DNA of 26,793 nucleotides from Ilumatobacteraceae bacterium (GTDB lineage: Bacteria; Actinomycetota; Acidimicrobiia; Acidimicrobiales; Ilumatobacteraceae): contig JBIKNT010000001.1 in NCBI GenBank assembly GCA_044358465.1, positions 1 to 26,793 on the forward strand, read 5' to 3'. The translations under genes were made by a program, and so were the position numbers. Shown here piece by piece: positions 18,167-26,793 of the stretch (position 1 is its first letter; each line of letters opens with the position of its first letter). Under the pieces are notes generated by a model. The model was not told the origin of the DNA and made no database searches. It was given only the letters and a program-made list of their open reading frames with translations.

Positions 18167-19478
18167 TTTCTGCAGCTGTTTCAACGCTGTCATCATTCGC
18201 CGCAAAATCTACTTTTTCGCTTCGAGGCATCAGCGCAAATATCGTGGTGCCACCTGCAAACGTGCACGCTGCCACAGAGAGAACTGTGTGTGAGGCAACG
18301 ATGGTTGAAGCTGCGAGACCCGTGACCAGGCCAATGAGAAAGCTCATGTTGTAGGCAAGGTCATAAGCGGCAAAAATTCGTCCACATGAGCCTTTTAATG
18401 CGTTGGCCTGAATGGTTGCATCGGAGCAGACGCGCAGGTTTTGAAAACTAAATGCCATCACTACAACTGCCCCGCAACAAACATAGAAGTTAGTCAAAGT
18501 AATTGCAGTTAAAGCAGCCACACTAGAAAAAGCAAAGGCAAGTAGTGTCACCGTTCTACGCGGAATTTTTTCGTTAATTCTTTCAGCGGTCACTGTTCCG
18601 ACAAATGCTCCAATTCCTGCAGAGCCCAAAGTGACTGCGTAACCAGAAGCTCCAATGTTGACCCGGTTGTCTAACAACAAAGCAATTGCGGAATAGCTCA
18701 CTCCCAAGAGATAGCGATGTGCACTGGTGGAAGCAATGGCGAAACGGGTCTTTGCCATACGCAGCTGTTGAAATGCTGCCTTCCAAGTGACTTTGTCGAC
18801 TTCGCTACCACCACCAAGCCAAGCGCGAACGGAATCGAACATATATGCAGCGATGAAGTGAAGAATCGCTCCAGCAAAAAATGCAGCAAAACCAACATAG
18901 CGATAGAGCAAAGCTCCACTGACAGCGCCAATGCTTCCTGCAATCATGCTGGCCATCAACATCACCGAGTCTGCGGCAACTAACTCATGTTGACGCACCA
19001 GGTGACGCACCGAAGCCGCCCGCGCTGTATACAAAATTCGAGTCACGCACATTGATAAGCCAAATAAAACGTAAAGCATCACTGATGACTGCATGTAGGC
19101 AGCAAAAATAGCGGCAAGCATAAGCAACGAGCGAACTCCTTGACCAGTTACCAAAATTTGGCGACGCTCAAATTTATCTGCAACAAAACCTGCCAGTGGA
19201 CCAGCAAGTACTAGCGGAAACGCTGATGCAATAACAGCTTGAATTAACAAACGCGGTGTGGGGCCATCTTCAGACGCGAACAGAAGTACTTGCGCAAACA
19301 CCAATGAGGCGAGAGCATCGGCAATTTGTGAAGTTACCTGACCGGTCACCGCGAGACGAAAGTCGGGATACTGGAAAAGTGTGCGGCGCGAAATATGCAA
19401 CTGAGCACGGCGACGAAAAAGCCTGATTCGTTTCTGGGGGGTAATGCTGATTGTGCTCACATATTTATCGTGACTCAT
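18135..19478 (-). CDS. Major facilitator superfamily transporter (start uncertain)
   Basis: About 12 hydrophobic segments, MFS motif A-like GFVADKFERRQIL and second-half AERINEKIPRR. Confidence 0.85.
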   Translation of the reverse strand: MSHDKYVSTISITPQKRIRLFRRRAQLHISRRTLFQYPDFRLAVTGQVTSQIADALASLVFAQVLLFASEDGPTPRLLIQAVIASAFPLVLAGPLAGFVADKFERRQILVTGQGVRSLLMLAAIFAAYMQSSVMLYVLFGLSMCVTRILYTARAASVRHLVRQHELVAADSVMLMASMIAGSIGAVSGALLYRYVGFAAFFAGAILHFIAAYMFDSVRAWLGGGSEVDKVTWKAAFQQLRMAKTRFAIASTSAHRYLLGVSYSAIALLLDNRVNIGASGYAVTLGSAGIGAFVGTVTAERINEKIPRRTVTLLAFAFSSVAALTAITLTNFYVCCGAVVVMAFSFQNLRVCSDATIQANALKGSCGRIFAAYDLAYNMSFLIGLVTGLAASTIVASHTVLSVAACTFAGGTTIFALMPRSEKVDFAANDDSVETAAEKSGFSARNVA

Positions 19479-19567
19479 TGGCTGTTGAACAATGAGCGAT
19501 TGTGGGAAACCTTTGGCGTACACAATATGACGAGCAGGTGAATGATGTTTGCCGCTACCGTGTACTT

Positions 19568-19963
19568 ATGTCGACCTCGCCCCTCACCCCAGCGCTACAG
19601 AAATCTCTCTACGCATTCGTTGCCGACGCAGCTTTTATTTTCCTATTCATATTTATAGGAACCCGCAATCACGACACCAACACCGACACTGCTGGTGTTC
19701 TATCAACTACTGCCCCATTCCTCATTGGCCTCATCGTAGGTTGGTGTGCGTTGCGGGCGTGGAAAGCGCCTCGCACAATTGCCAATGGTGTTGGACTGTG
19801 GCTCTTCACCATCGTCATCGGAATGTTGCTACGTCGCTTTGCATTTGACGATGGTGCAGCTGGCGCATTTATTGTGGTCGCAACTATTTTCAATGCTTTC
19901 ACTTTGGTGGGTTGGCGCTTCATTGCCGAACAACTAAGTGAACGCAAAGCATCACGAGGTTGA
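19568..19963 (+). CDS. DUF3054 family membrane protein
   Basis: D...FIFIG.RNH, TAPFLIGLIVGW, GMLLR and AFIVVA pattern, recognised from memory of the family. TACCGT-6nt-ATG supports the start at 19568. Confidence 0.8.
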   Translation: MSTSPLTPALQKSLYAFVADAAFIFLFIFIGTRNHDTNTDTAGVLSTTAPFLIGLIVGWCALRAWKAPRTIANGVGLWLFTIVIGMLLRRFAFDDGAAGAFIVVATIFNAFTLVGWRFIAEQLSERKASRG

Positions 19964-20068
19964 CCTCAAGTTAACTGTGACTTGTCACCACAGATCTTCA
20001 GACAAAGATTCTGTTTTGTTCACCTAAGCGAGGGGAATCTGTCATACGAGTTTCTTAACTTCACCTTC

Positions 20069-21274
20069 GTGACAAAACACCACCACATCCCAAAACTCCG
20101 CCTCCTAGCAGCGGCAACGGTTCTCGTAGCCGGTTCACTGCTCAGCGCATGCGGCAGCGATAGTTCCACATCCGACTCCGAGACAACAGTTGACACAGCA
20201 ACTATTGAGAGCACACTCGACACACTGGCTGAAGATTCGACAGAGGTTGCGGCCGATTGCCCAGCCGAAGACATCGTCTCTGCAGCTAATGCAGAGGCAA
20301 AAGTGAACCTCATTGCTCTTCCCGACAACTGGGCCAACTACAAAGGTATTTTGCAAGCATTCCGCGACAAGTACCCTGAAATTGAAAACCCAGTAGCAAA
20401 CCCAGATGCTTCTTCAGCAGACGAACTCACCGCTGTGAAAACACTTGCTGGACAAGACGATATGCCAGACAACCTCGACGTAAGCCCAGCAATTGCTCAA
20501 CAAGTAACTGAAGAAAACCTTTGGGAGCCATACAAGCCTTGCTTGTGGGATGAAATTCCAGAGACCCTCAAAGATCCAAATGGCAACTGGGTTGCGGCCT
20601 ACTACGGCATTATGGCAATTGGTTCGAACTCAAAAATTGTTACCGAGGCTCCAACTTCTTTTGCAGATCTGAAGGATCCAAAATTCAAGGGCCAAGTGTC
20701 ACTCAATGGTGACCCACGTGAAGCTGGTGCAGCATTTGCAGCAGTAATGGCCGCATCACTGGCCAATGGTGGTTCATTCGACGACATTCTTCCAGGCATT
20801 GAATACTTTGCCGAGTTGAAGAAGTCTGGCAACCTCACCGGTACCGACGTAACTGAAGCAACAGTCTTGTCTGGCGAAACGCCAATCTGGATTGACTGGA
20901 CCTACAACTACCCAGGTCTCGCTCCAAAACTCGCGGAGAACGGCATCGAAGCATCTATCAATGTTCCTACAGACGGTGTTTATGGTGGCTACTACGCACA
21001 AGGCGTGGTAAAAGCCAGCCCACACCAAAATGCAGCGAAATTGTGGATTGATCACATCATTTCTGATGAGGGTGCACTCGGCTACATCGAAGGTGGCGCT
21101 GTTCCAGCCCGCTACGACGCACTTGTGAAGGCCGGAAAAGTTTCTGAAGAGATGAAGAAGAATCTTCCCGCTCCAGAACTCATCGCATCCATTGCATTCC
21201 CAACTCAAGATCAAATTGCAAAGGCAAAAGATGTCTTGACAGCTCAATGGGGCACACTTGTCGCCAATGGCTGA
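20069..21274 (+). CDS. ABC importer substrate-binding lipoprotein (AfuA/PotD/PhnS-like class)
   Basis: Signal peptide with lipobox LSAC, acidic S/T linker, ALPDNWANY and GGYYAQGVVKASPHQNAAKLW. Start reassigned to GTG 20069 (TAACTT-7nt-GTG). Confidence 0.88.
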   Translation: MTKHHHIPKLRLLAAATVLVAGSLLSACGSDSSTSDSETTVDTATIESTLDTLAEDSTEVAADCPAEDIVSAANAEAKVNLIALPDNWANYKGILQAFRDKYPEIENPVANPDASSADELTAVKTLAGQDDMPDNLDVSPAIAQQVTEENLWEPYKPCLWDEIPETLKDPNGNWVAAYYGIMAIGSNSKIVTEAPTSFADLKDPKFKGQVSLNGDPREAGAAFAAVMAASLANGGSFDDILPGIEYFAELKKSGNLTGTDVTEATVLSGETPIWIDWTYNYPGLAPKLAENGIEASINVPTDGVYGGYYAQGVVKASPHQNAAKLWIDHIISDEGALGYIEGGAVPARYDALVKAGKVSEEMKKNLPAPELIASIAFPTQDQIAKAKDVLTAQWGTLVANG

Positions 21275-21290
21275 TAAGTAACTACAACTC

Positions 21291-22217
21291 ATGACCCTTA
21301 CAGAAAACATGAGTTTGGGTCACTCAGATCCGAGGGGGGGTTCGCATATGCGGACCCCCCTTCAACGTTTCCTGCCACTGAAAAAATTTAAACCGATCGC
21401 CTTGTTTCCTTTTTTTGGATTCGTCTTACTCTTTTTGGTTTGGCCTGCAATTTCTCTATTTCGACTTGCGATTCAACCCACAAAAGACTCCGATATCAGT
21501 GCAATGCGTGAAGCAATTACTGGCGACTACCTCGATTCATTCATTTACACCATCAAACTAAGCGTGTTAACCGCACTCCTTGGCGTTCTCTTGGGCTCAC
21601 TTCTTGCCGCGTCAGTAATGCGTATTGAACGACCAAAATGGTTTCGTAATTTCATGACTAGCTTTGCTGGAGTTGCGGCGAATCTTGGTGGCATTCCGCT
21701 TGCATTCGCCTTTATTGCCGCCCTCGGCACACAGGGTCTCATCACCAAAATGATTGACTATTTTGGAATCAACCTCGCAGATGCAGGATTTCGTATTTCA
21801 AACTTTGCTGGCATCACTATTGTCTATTTGTATTTTCAAATTCCGCTGATGTTTCTCATTATGGTTCCGGCATTCAACGGGCTTCGTGCTTCTTGGAGTG
21901 AAGCTGCAGCAAGCCTTGGTGCCGCTCCTTGGCAATACTGGCGCTACGTAGGGCTACCACTCCTCACTCCTGCATTGCTTGGAGGTTTTCTTTTGCTCTT
22001 TTCCAATGCATTCAGTGCCTATGCCACGGCATATGCGCTTTCATCTGGTGGAGCTCGCCTAGTACCAGTGCAAATTCGTTTCTTTCTACAAGGAAATACC
22101 ATCACTGGAAAAGACAATTTGGGTTACGCGCTTGCTGCGTGGATGATCATCATCATGCTCATCACCATGACGGGCTACTTGTTCATTCGACGCCGTGCAG
22201 AAAAATGGCAACAATGA
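21291..22217 (+). CDS. ABC importer permease (PotB-like)
   Basis: Six TM segments and EAA loop WSEAAASLGAAPWQYWRYV. Confidence 0.9.
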   Translation: MTLTENMSLGHSDPRGGSHMRTPLQRFLPLKKFKPIALFPFFGFVLLFLVWPAISLFRLAIQPTKDSDISAMREAITGDYLDSFIYTIKLSVLTALLGVLLGSLLAASVMRIERPKWFRNFMTSFAGVAANLGGIPLAFAFIAALGTQGLITKMIDYFGINLADAGFRISNFAGITIVYLYFQIPLMFLIMVPAFNGLRASWSEAAASLGAAPWQYWRYVGLPLLTPALLGGFLLLFSNAFSAYATAYALSSGGARLVPVQIRFFLQGNTITGKDNLGYALAAWMIIIMLITMTGYLFIRRRAEKWQQ

Positions 22218-23044
22218 AGTTCATTGGCAAAATATGGCCCCGACTCTACATCGCAATAGCGATTGTGTTTTTTGTTGCTCCGCTCTTGTCAATGGCTCGC
22301 TTTGCATTTCAACGCATACCCGTGATCTCTCTCGGGAGAGAAAACTTGTTCAAACGCTGGACCATCGACGGACTTCTCACAACATTGCGCGACCCTGAAT
22401 TTTCTCACTCTCTCTCGGTGAGCCTGAAGGTTGCATTCTTCACAGTAATTGTGTTGCTCTTCCTGATGGTTCCCACAACGTTGTGGGTGCATTTGTCGGC
22501 ACCACGCTGGCGTGGAGTTGTAGAAACTGTGACAATTCTCCCCTACGTTGTTCCACCAATTGCATTGGTTGTAGGCGTGAGTGGCACATACAGGTCTATT
22601 GCACCATGGTTTTTGGCAAGTAATTACTCGCTTGTCCCCTTCTACGCGATTCTTGCCATGCCATTTACATTCCGATCGCTCGATGTTGGCATTAAGGCAC
22701 TCGACTTGCGCACTTTGGTTGATGCCGCCAAGTCTCTTGGTGCTTCATCTTCTCGTGTGATGTGGAATGTTCTACTTCCCAACCTACGCACGAGCCTTAT
22801 CAATGCGGCATTTCTCACAATTACAGTAGTGCTCGGTGAATTCACCATCGCATCACTTCTTTTGAAGCGAACACTCCCGATGTACATGGCTCAAGCACAA
22901 GGCCGTGAGCCACAGGGAGCCTTAGGTCTTGGCCTCTTCATTCTCGTTCTCACAACAATCTTGTTCACATTGGTCAGCATCATTCGTAAAAAAGATTCAA
23001 AAAGTATCGACGTGAAAAACATTAATGTTGGGATGGTTCCATAA
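22214..23044 (+). CDS. ABC importer permease (PotC-like)
   Basis: Start at ATG 22214 (ATGA overlap with the previous stop). EAA loop LVDAAKSLGAS and LGEFTIA. Confidence 0.9.
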   Translation: MKFIGKIWPRLYIAIAIVFFVAPLLSMARFAFQRIPVISLGRENLFKRWTIDGLLTTLRDPEFSHSLSVSLKVAFFTVIVLLFLMVPTTLWVHLSAPRWRGVVETVTILPYVVPPIALVVGVSGTYRSIAPWFLASNYSLVPFYAILAMPFTFRSLDVGIKALDLRTLVDAAKSLGASSSRVMWNVLLPNLRTSLINAAFLTITVVLGEFTIASLLLKRTLPMYMAQAQGREPQGALGLGLFILVLTTILFTLVSIIRKKDSKSIDVKNINVGMVP

Positions 23045-24000
23045 TGAGTGCTCTTGATTTTGTCAAAGTCAGTAAATCTTTTGGCGAAGTGCAAGCGCTT
23101 GTCGATTTCTCCATTTCGTTAGAGCAAGGCGAGCTCGTCTCTCTACTCGGACCGAGTGGATGTGGAAAAACAACCGCTCTACGCATTGCAGCAGGATTCG
23201 AGATTGCAGACTCAGGATCCATTCATCTTGAATCAACGAACATCATCGGACTTCCAGCAAACGAACGCAAGATGGGCATGGTGTTTCAGAGCTACAGCCT
23301 GTTTCCCCACCTCAACATTAGAGACAACGTGGCTTTTGGGCTCAAGGTCCGCGGAGTGCGCAATGAAGAACGAAAAAAGCGAGCTGGGGAGATGCTAGAT
23401 CTCGTCCGTTTATCTGATTTAGGGCATCGCATGCCTCACCAGATCTCTGGAGGCCAGCAACAACGCGTCGCTCTGGCAAGGGCTCTTGCTACACAGCCCC
23501 ACGTATTACTTCTCGATGAGCCGCTCAGCGCTCTAGATGCAAAGATTCGTGTAGAAGTGCGTGATGAGATTCGTCGTCTGAACAGAGACCTCGGTGTCAC
23601 CACAGTCTTTGTTACACATGACCAAGATGAAGCAATGAGTATCTCCGATCGCATTTGTGTGATGAATAACGGAAAAATCGAGCAAATTGGTAGTCCGCGC
23701 GATGTTTACAACGCTCCTGCTACTCCATTTGTTGCCCATTTCGTGGGAAGCATCAATTCTCTTCCTGTTGGAGATACCCGTGTTCTCATTCGCCCAGAGA
23801 ACTTAGAATTAGTGAATCCCGATGCCAGCGCCCAATGGTGTGGGACCATTACAGACATCACGTTCGTGGGTGCATTCACGAAGATTTCAGTACTTTTGGA
23901 CGATCAAAAAATCACAATGTCGGTTCTTACAATCTCTGCACAATTTGAACATCATCTATCCATAGGAGCAAATGTGGGAATAATTGAGAGGAAATCATGA
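23044..24000 (+). CDS. ABC importer ATP-binding protein (PotA/AfuC-like)
   Basis: [43 protein letters not shown], short C-terminal TOBE-like region. Confidence 0.95.
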   Translation: MSALDFVKVSKSFGEVQALVDFSISLEQGELVSLLGPSGCGKTTALRIAAGFEIADSGSIHLESTNIIGLPANERKMGMVFQSYSLFPHLNIRDNVAFGLKVRGVRNEERKKRAGEMLDLVRLSDLGHRMPHQISGGQQQRVALARALATQPHVLLLDEPLSALDAKIRVEVRDEIRRLNRDLGVTTVFVTHDQDEAMSISDRICVMNNGKIEQIGSPRDVYNAPATPFVAHFVGSINSLPVGDTRVLIRPENLELVNPDASAQWCGTITDITFVGAFTKISVLLDDQKITMSVLTISAQFEHHLSIGANVGIIERKS

Positions 24001-24758
24001 GACTCTCCGCAGAACAACTCGAACATTTTAATTACAGAGGCTGGCTCCTCGTCGACACACTTTCCGCAGCCGAAACTTCTGAAGTCCAAAGTTGGGTAAC
24101 CGATATCGCCTCATGGGCTGACGACAACGGTGAATGGTTGCATTACAAGGAGCTCACTGAATACGGTCCAAAACTTTGCAGAACGGAAAACTTCACTCCG
24201 TTTCATGCCGGCATGCATCAGTTCCTTCGCAGTGGCCAAATGGTTGAGGTTGCTTCTGCGCTGCTCAACAGCGAAGCCGTTCTCTATAAAGAAAAGATCA
24301 ACTACAAACTTGCAGGTGGTGCCGGATACTCCCCGCATCAAGATGCGCCGGCTTACCGCTTTATTGAAACTCACATTTCATGCATGATTGCCGTTGACGA
24401 TGCCACCGAGGAGAATGGATGTCTTGAAGTCGTTTCTGGGCTCCACCACGAAATTCTTCCTATGGACGCCAAGGGTTGTATTGAACCCTCACTCGTAGCC
24501 ACTTTTCACTGGATGACCGTTCCTTTACGAGCTGGCCAAACCTTGTGGTTCCACTCGCGCACTCCACACCGCAGCGGGCCGAATAATTCGCAGAATGATC
24601 GACGCGCTCTATATCCCACCTATAACGCCCTCAGCGAAGGTGACCTACGTAGTCGCTACTACGAGCAAAAACTCAAAGAGTTCGCTGAAGCAAAAGACAA
24701 TAACGAATCTGTACGTGTATCACTTATTGGAGATTTTGAAGGGAAACCCGTTCAATGA
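23997..24758 (+). CDS. phnY: Phytanoyl-CoA dioxygenase family Fe(II)/2-oxoglutarate dioxygenase, PhnY-like
   Basis: KEKINYKLAGGAGYSPHQD (HxD), ENGCL and PHRSGPN. Adjacent to a PhnZ-like gene. Confidence 0.75.
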   Translation: MRLSAEQLEHFNYRGWLLVDTLSAAETSEVQSWVTDIASWADDNGEWLHYKELTEYGPKLCRTENFTPFHAGMHQFLRSGQMVEVASALLNSEAVLYKEKINYKLAGGAGYSPHQDAPAYRFIETHISCMIAVDDATEENGCLEVVSGLHHEILPMDAKGCIEPSLVATFHWMTVPLRAGQTLWFHSRTPHRSGPNNSQNDRRALYPTYNALSEGDLRSRYYEQKLKEFAEAKDNNESVRVSLIGDFEGKPVQ

Positions 24759-25306
24759 ATGAAATCATTCAACATATTCACCATCTATACAGCCAATTTG
24801 GCAATCAAAAATACGATGAGTTAATTACCCAAACTGAACATGCAACCCAGTGTGCAGCACTGGCAAAAGCGTCAGAGGCCAGCCCCGAGCTCACCATCGC
24901 CGCGCTCTTGCATGACGTTGGCCATCTCTTGGTTTTGGAGCAAAGCAATGGTTCAGTTGATTTCAGTACCGATGATGAACACGAAGCACTTGGAGCGCGA
25001 TACCTTGCAACACATTTCCCTAGCGGGGTTACCGCGCCAATTGCGTTACACGTTGCTGCAAAACGTTTCCTGTGCACTGCAGACGACACCTATTTTGATC
25101 AGCTTTCTATCGGATCTGTTCGCAGTCTAGAAAAGCAAGGCGGTCGTATGACTCATCAAGAAGTCATGCGCTTCGAGCGCTCTCCGCATTTTTCTAATTC
25201 GGTGCAACTACGTCGCTGGGACGAAGGGGCAAAAGATGAACACATCGTTGTTGATCCATTTGAGTCATACCTTGAAATGATGGAGCACATCGTTACTTCA
25301 AAGTGA
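24755..25306 (+). CDS. phnZ: HD-domain di-iron oxygenase, PhnZ-like (C-P bond cleavage)
   Basis: TQTEHATQCA, ALLHDVGHL, HEALGA, LHVAAKRFLC, SLEKQGG and LRRWDEGAK, all typical of PhnZ/TmpB. Confidence 0.85.
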   Translation: MNEIIQHIHHLYSQFGNQKYDELITQTEHATQCAALAKASEASPELTIAALLHDVGHLLVLEQSNGSVDFSTDDEHEALGARYLATHFPSGVTAPIALHVAAKRFLCTADDTYFDQLSIGSVRSLEKQGGRMTHQEVMRFERSPHFSNSVQLRRWDEGAKDEHIVVDPFESYLEMMEHIVTSK

Positions 25307-26015
25307 ACGCGGTGTAGTCGGGGAACTTCTCCACCCAGTCAATACCAGCATCGCCCAAGGCATAAGCAATGGTGGCAAACGCATCTGCCCACATGAGGTG
25401 TGGGCCAATAACTGTCATTGAAGAAAACTGAGAATTCGTTGGTTGGGAATCTTTGCCCCAAATATGTTGGCCGCGCTCTGCGACACCAGATGTAGCAATT
25501 GCCCAATTTTCTGGGATATCGACATAACTGTGAATACGCGTTGCGTCGTGCGGGTCAACTATTCCCACTCGCCATTTGTCTCCTGTTGCCTGCGTGCCAT
25601 GGGATTGAATATCGCCACCAATGCGCAAGTAGTAATTTTTCAGACCAGCCTCGGCCAGCAAACGTGCCGCTCGCTCTGCTGCCCAACCTTTAACAAACCC
25701 GGCAGGGTCAATTGAACCATCTGGTCGTCGTGCGTTGAATACCCCATCACTTAAGTGCTCCAGCCATGTGCATGCATCAAGCACCTCAACCACATCTGGT
25801 GAAGCATCAAGCACGTGCAATTCACCTTTGTTTATGCGCGAAATTTCACTTGTTGGCAAGAATGTGGAAAATCGATCTTCAATATCATGAAGAAATACTC
25901 CTACCGATTCCCACGCATCATCTGCGATTTCTTGAGGAACTACATCGTCAATATGTGCACTAACAGCGGTGCCCATGGCCTTCGCTGCAAATGTGAAACG
26001 TACTTCAGCACTCAT
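25293..26015 (-). CDS. apbE: FAD:protein FMN transferase (short, no evident signal peptide)
   Basis: AMGT, FSTF...SEISRIN, DPAGFVKGWAAE, GGDI, WRVGIVDP, AIATSG...ERGQHI and ADAFAT. Confidence 0.92.
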   Translation of the reverse strand: MSAEVRFTFAAKAMGTAVSAHIDDVVPQEIADDAWESVGVFLHDIEDRFSTFLPTSEISRINKGELHVLDASPDVVEVLDACTWLEHLSDGVFNARRPDGSIDPAGFVKGWAAERAARLLAEAGLKNYYLRIGGDIQSHGTQATGDKWRVGIVDPHDATRIHSYVDIPENWAIATSGVAERGQHIWGKDSQPTNSQFSSMTVIGPHLMWADAFATIAYALGDAGIDWVEKFPDYTAFTLK

Positions 26016-26560
26016 TACTCAGGGCGAGCGTCAAGAATTGCTTGGAGCCCGGCGGTGTATGCACGCCACGAATCGGTTGCACCAGAGACAACTGCAATTT
26101 GTGCACTTCCTATCTCAATTGCTTCTTGGTTATACACAGGAAGCGCAGACTGGTTAATACTCAATGACTTATCATCTTCATTGGGATACTTCACAACAGT
26201 TACATTGCACAGTACATTTTTTTGTGTGAATGTTGCTTGTAGTTGCAGGTCACCCCATTTAAACACTGCCGTTGGGCCAGTCACCACATCACCATCGCAG
26301 TTACCCGTTCCTTCCACTGTAGAAAGTGGGCTTGGTGCAAGGGTTGTAGTGACCTCACTGGGTACAACAACTGATGTCGCCGCAGTTGGTGCAAGCGTCG
26401 AAGTTGTTGCCGAGGCAGAGGGCGCCAATGTGCCTATCGCTCCTTCTAGGGCAACTACATCGCCACCTGGGTTATCGAGTTGTGAAATGAAGCCAACACC
26501 TACAACCGTGAGAGCCACTGCGGGAAAGATCTGACGACCCAAAGTTGGTTTTTGTGACAC
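26015..26560 (-). CDS. Membrane-anchored FMN-binding (flavinylation target) protein
   Basis: N-terminal hydrophobic anchor, S/T/A/P-rich linker, C-terminal FMN_bind domain with VVSGATDS ([S/T]GA[S/T]) motif. Probable start at GTG 26560. Confidence 0.88.
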   Translation of the reverse strand: MSQKPTLGRQIFPAVALTVVGVGFISQLDNPGGDVVALEGAIGTLAPSASATTSTLAPTAATSVVVPSEVTTTLAPSPLSTVEGTGNCDGDVVTGPTAVFKWGDLQLQATFTQKNVLCNVTVVKYPNEDDKSLSINQSALPVYNQEAIEIGSAQIAVVSGATDSWRAYTAGLQAILDARPE

Positions 26561-26562
26561 GT

Positions 26563-26793
26563 CTACCACCAAGCCCTTTCAGCATGAATATTTTCTACAG
26601 GCACGCCCGCTGCACGAGCACCTCGCTGCACAGCTTTCACCATTGATTCTGGCCCAGCAACAATGACCACACGTTGTGCGAGGTCGGGAACGGCTTTTAA
26701 AAGGACATCAGCGCTGAAGGGGTCGGCAACTTTGAGAGCTGCTCGATGCCCAACAAGAGCATGAACCTTGCCATTACGTGCTGTCGCGAGAGT
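26563..26793 (-). CDS. C-terminal NAD-binding domain of a ferric-reductase/FNR-like oxidoreductase (5'-truncated), not in the ORF track
   Basis: Open frame from the window end: ...VPDLAQRVVIVAGPESMVKAVQRGARAAGVPVENIHAERAWW*. This resembles the xGP..M...G.....IH.E.F terminus of FNR-family proteins. Confidence 0.78.
   Translation of the reverse strand, partial: TLATARNGKVHALVGHRAALKVADPFSADVLLKAVPDLAQRVVIVAGPESMVKAVQRGARAAGVPVENIHAERAWW

Noticed and set aside
18135-19523. Possible five-codon leaderless uORF (TTG TTC AAC AGC CAA TGA) overlapping the MFS ATG at 19478
   Set aside because: It rests on a weak CACAAT -10 and a TTG start, and the MFS start itself is uncertain.
19982-20068. Pho box upstream of the putative phosphonate operon (GTTCACC at 20018, CTGTCATA at 20039)
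   Set aside because: Only isolated half-sites 22 nt apart, with no convincing 11-bp tandem repeat. Not supportable without a PWM scan.

Overview
A gene-dense 26.8 kb chromosomal window. Gene content and pervasive leaderless promoters suggest an actinobacterium, probably Acidimicrobiia (inference). It contains: an MMPL 3' end; a redox cluster (1-Cys peroxiredoxin, NadR-like nucleotidyltransferase, nitroreductase, two AhpD/CMD-like genes); a MacB/FtsX-type ABC pair; a PPOX-fold protein; a degenerate Fpg/Nei; metY; ilvBNC with an unannotated poly-Val leader-peptide attenuator; a haloalkane dehalogenase with TetR; folD; ino1; an MFS; DUF3054; an ABC importer fused into an operon with phnY/phnZ-like oxidative C-P cleavage genes; and an ApbE / FMN-binding / flavin-reductase module. 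The top result is that ORFs 2825..3022 and 2507..2818 are one reading frame interrupted by a single TGA. That TGA falls at the second position of a CxxC motif (C-G-Y-TGA) and is followed by a SECIS-like hairpin with a GGUC loop, so this is a probable AhpD-like selenoprotein, translationally coupled to a Cys-less paralog. Also notable are a shared CCCGAC-N7-GTCGGG operator upstream of the peroxiredoxin and metY, and three copies of a ~55-60 bp palindromic intergenic repeat. No rRNA, tRNA, CRISPR array or transposase was found.
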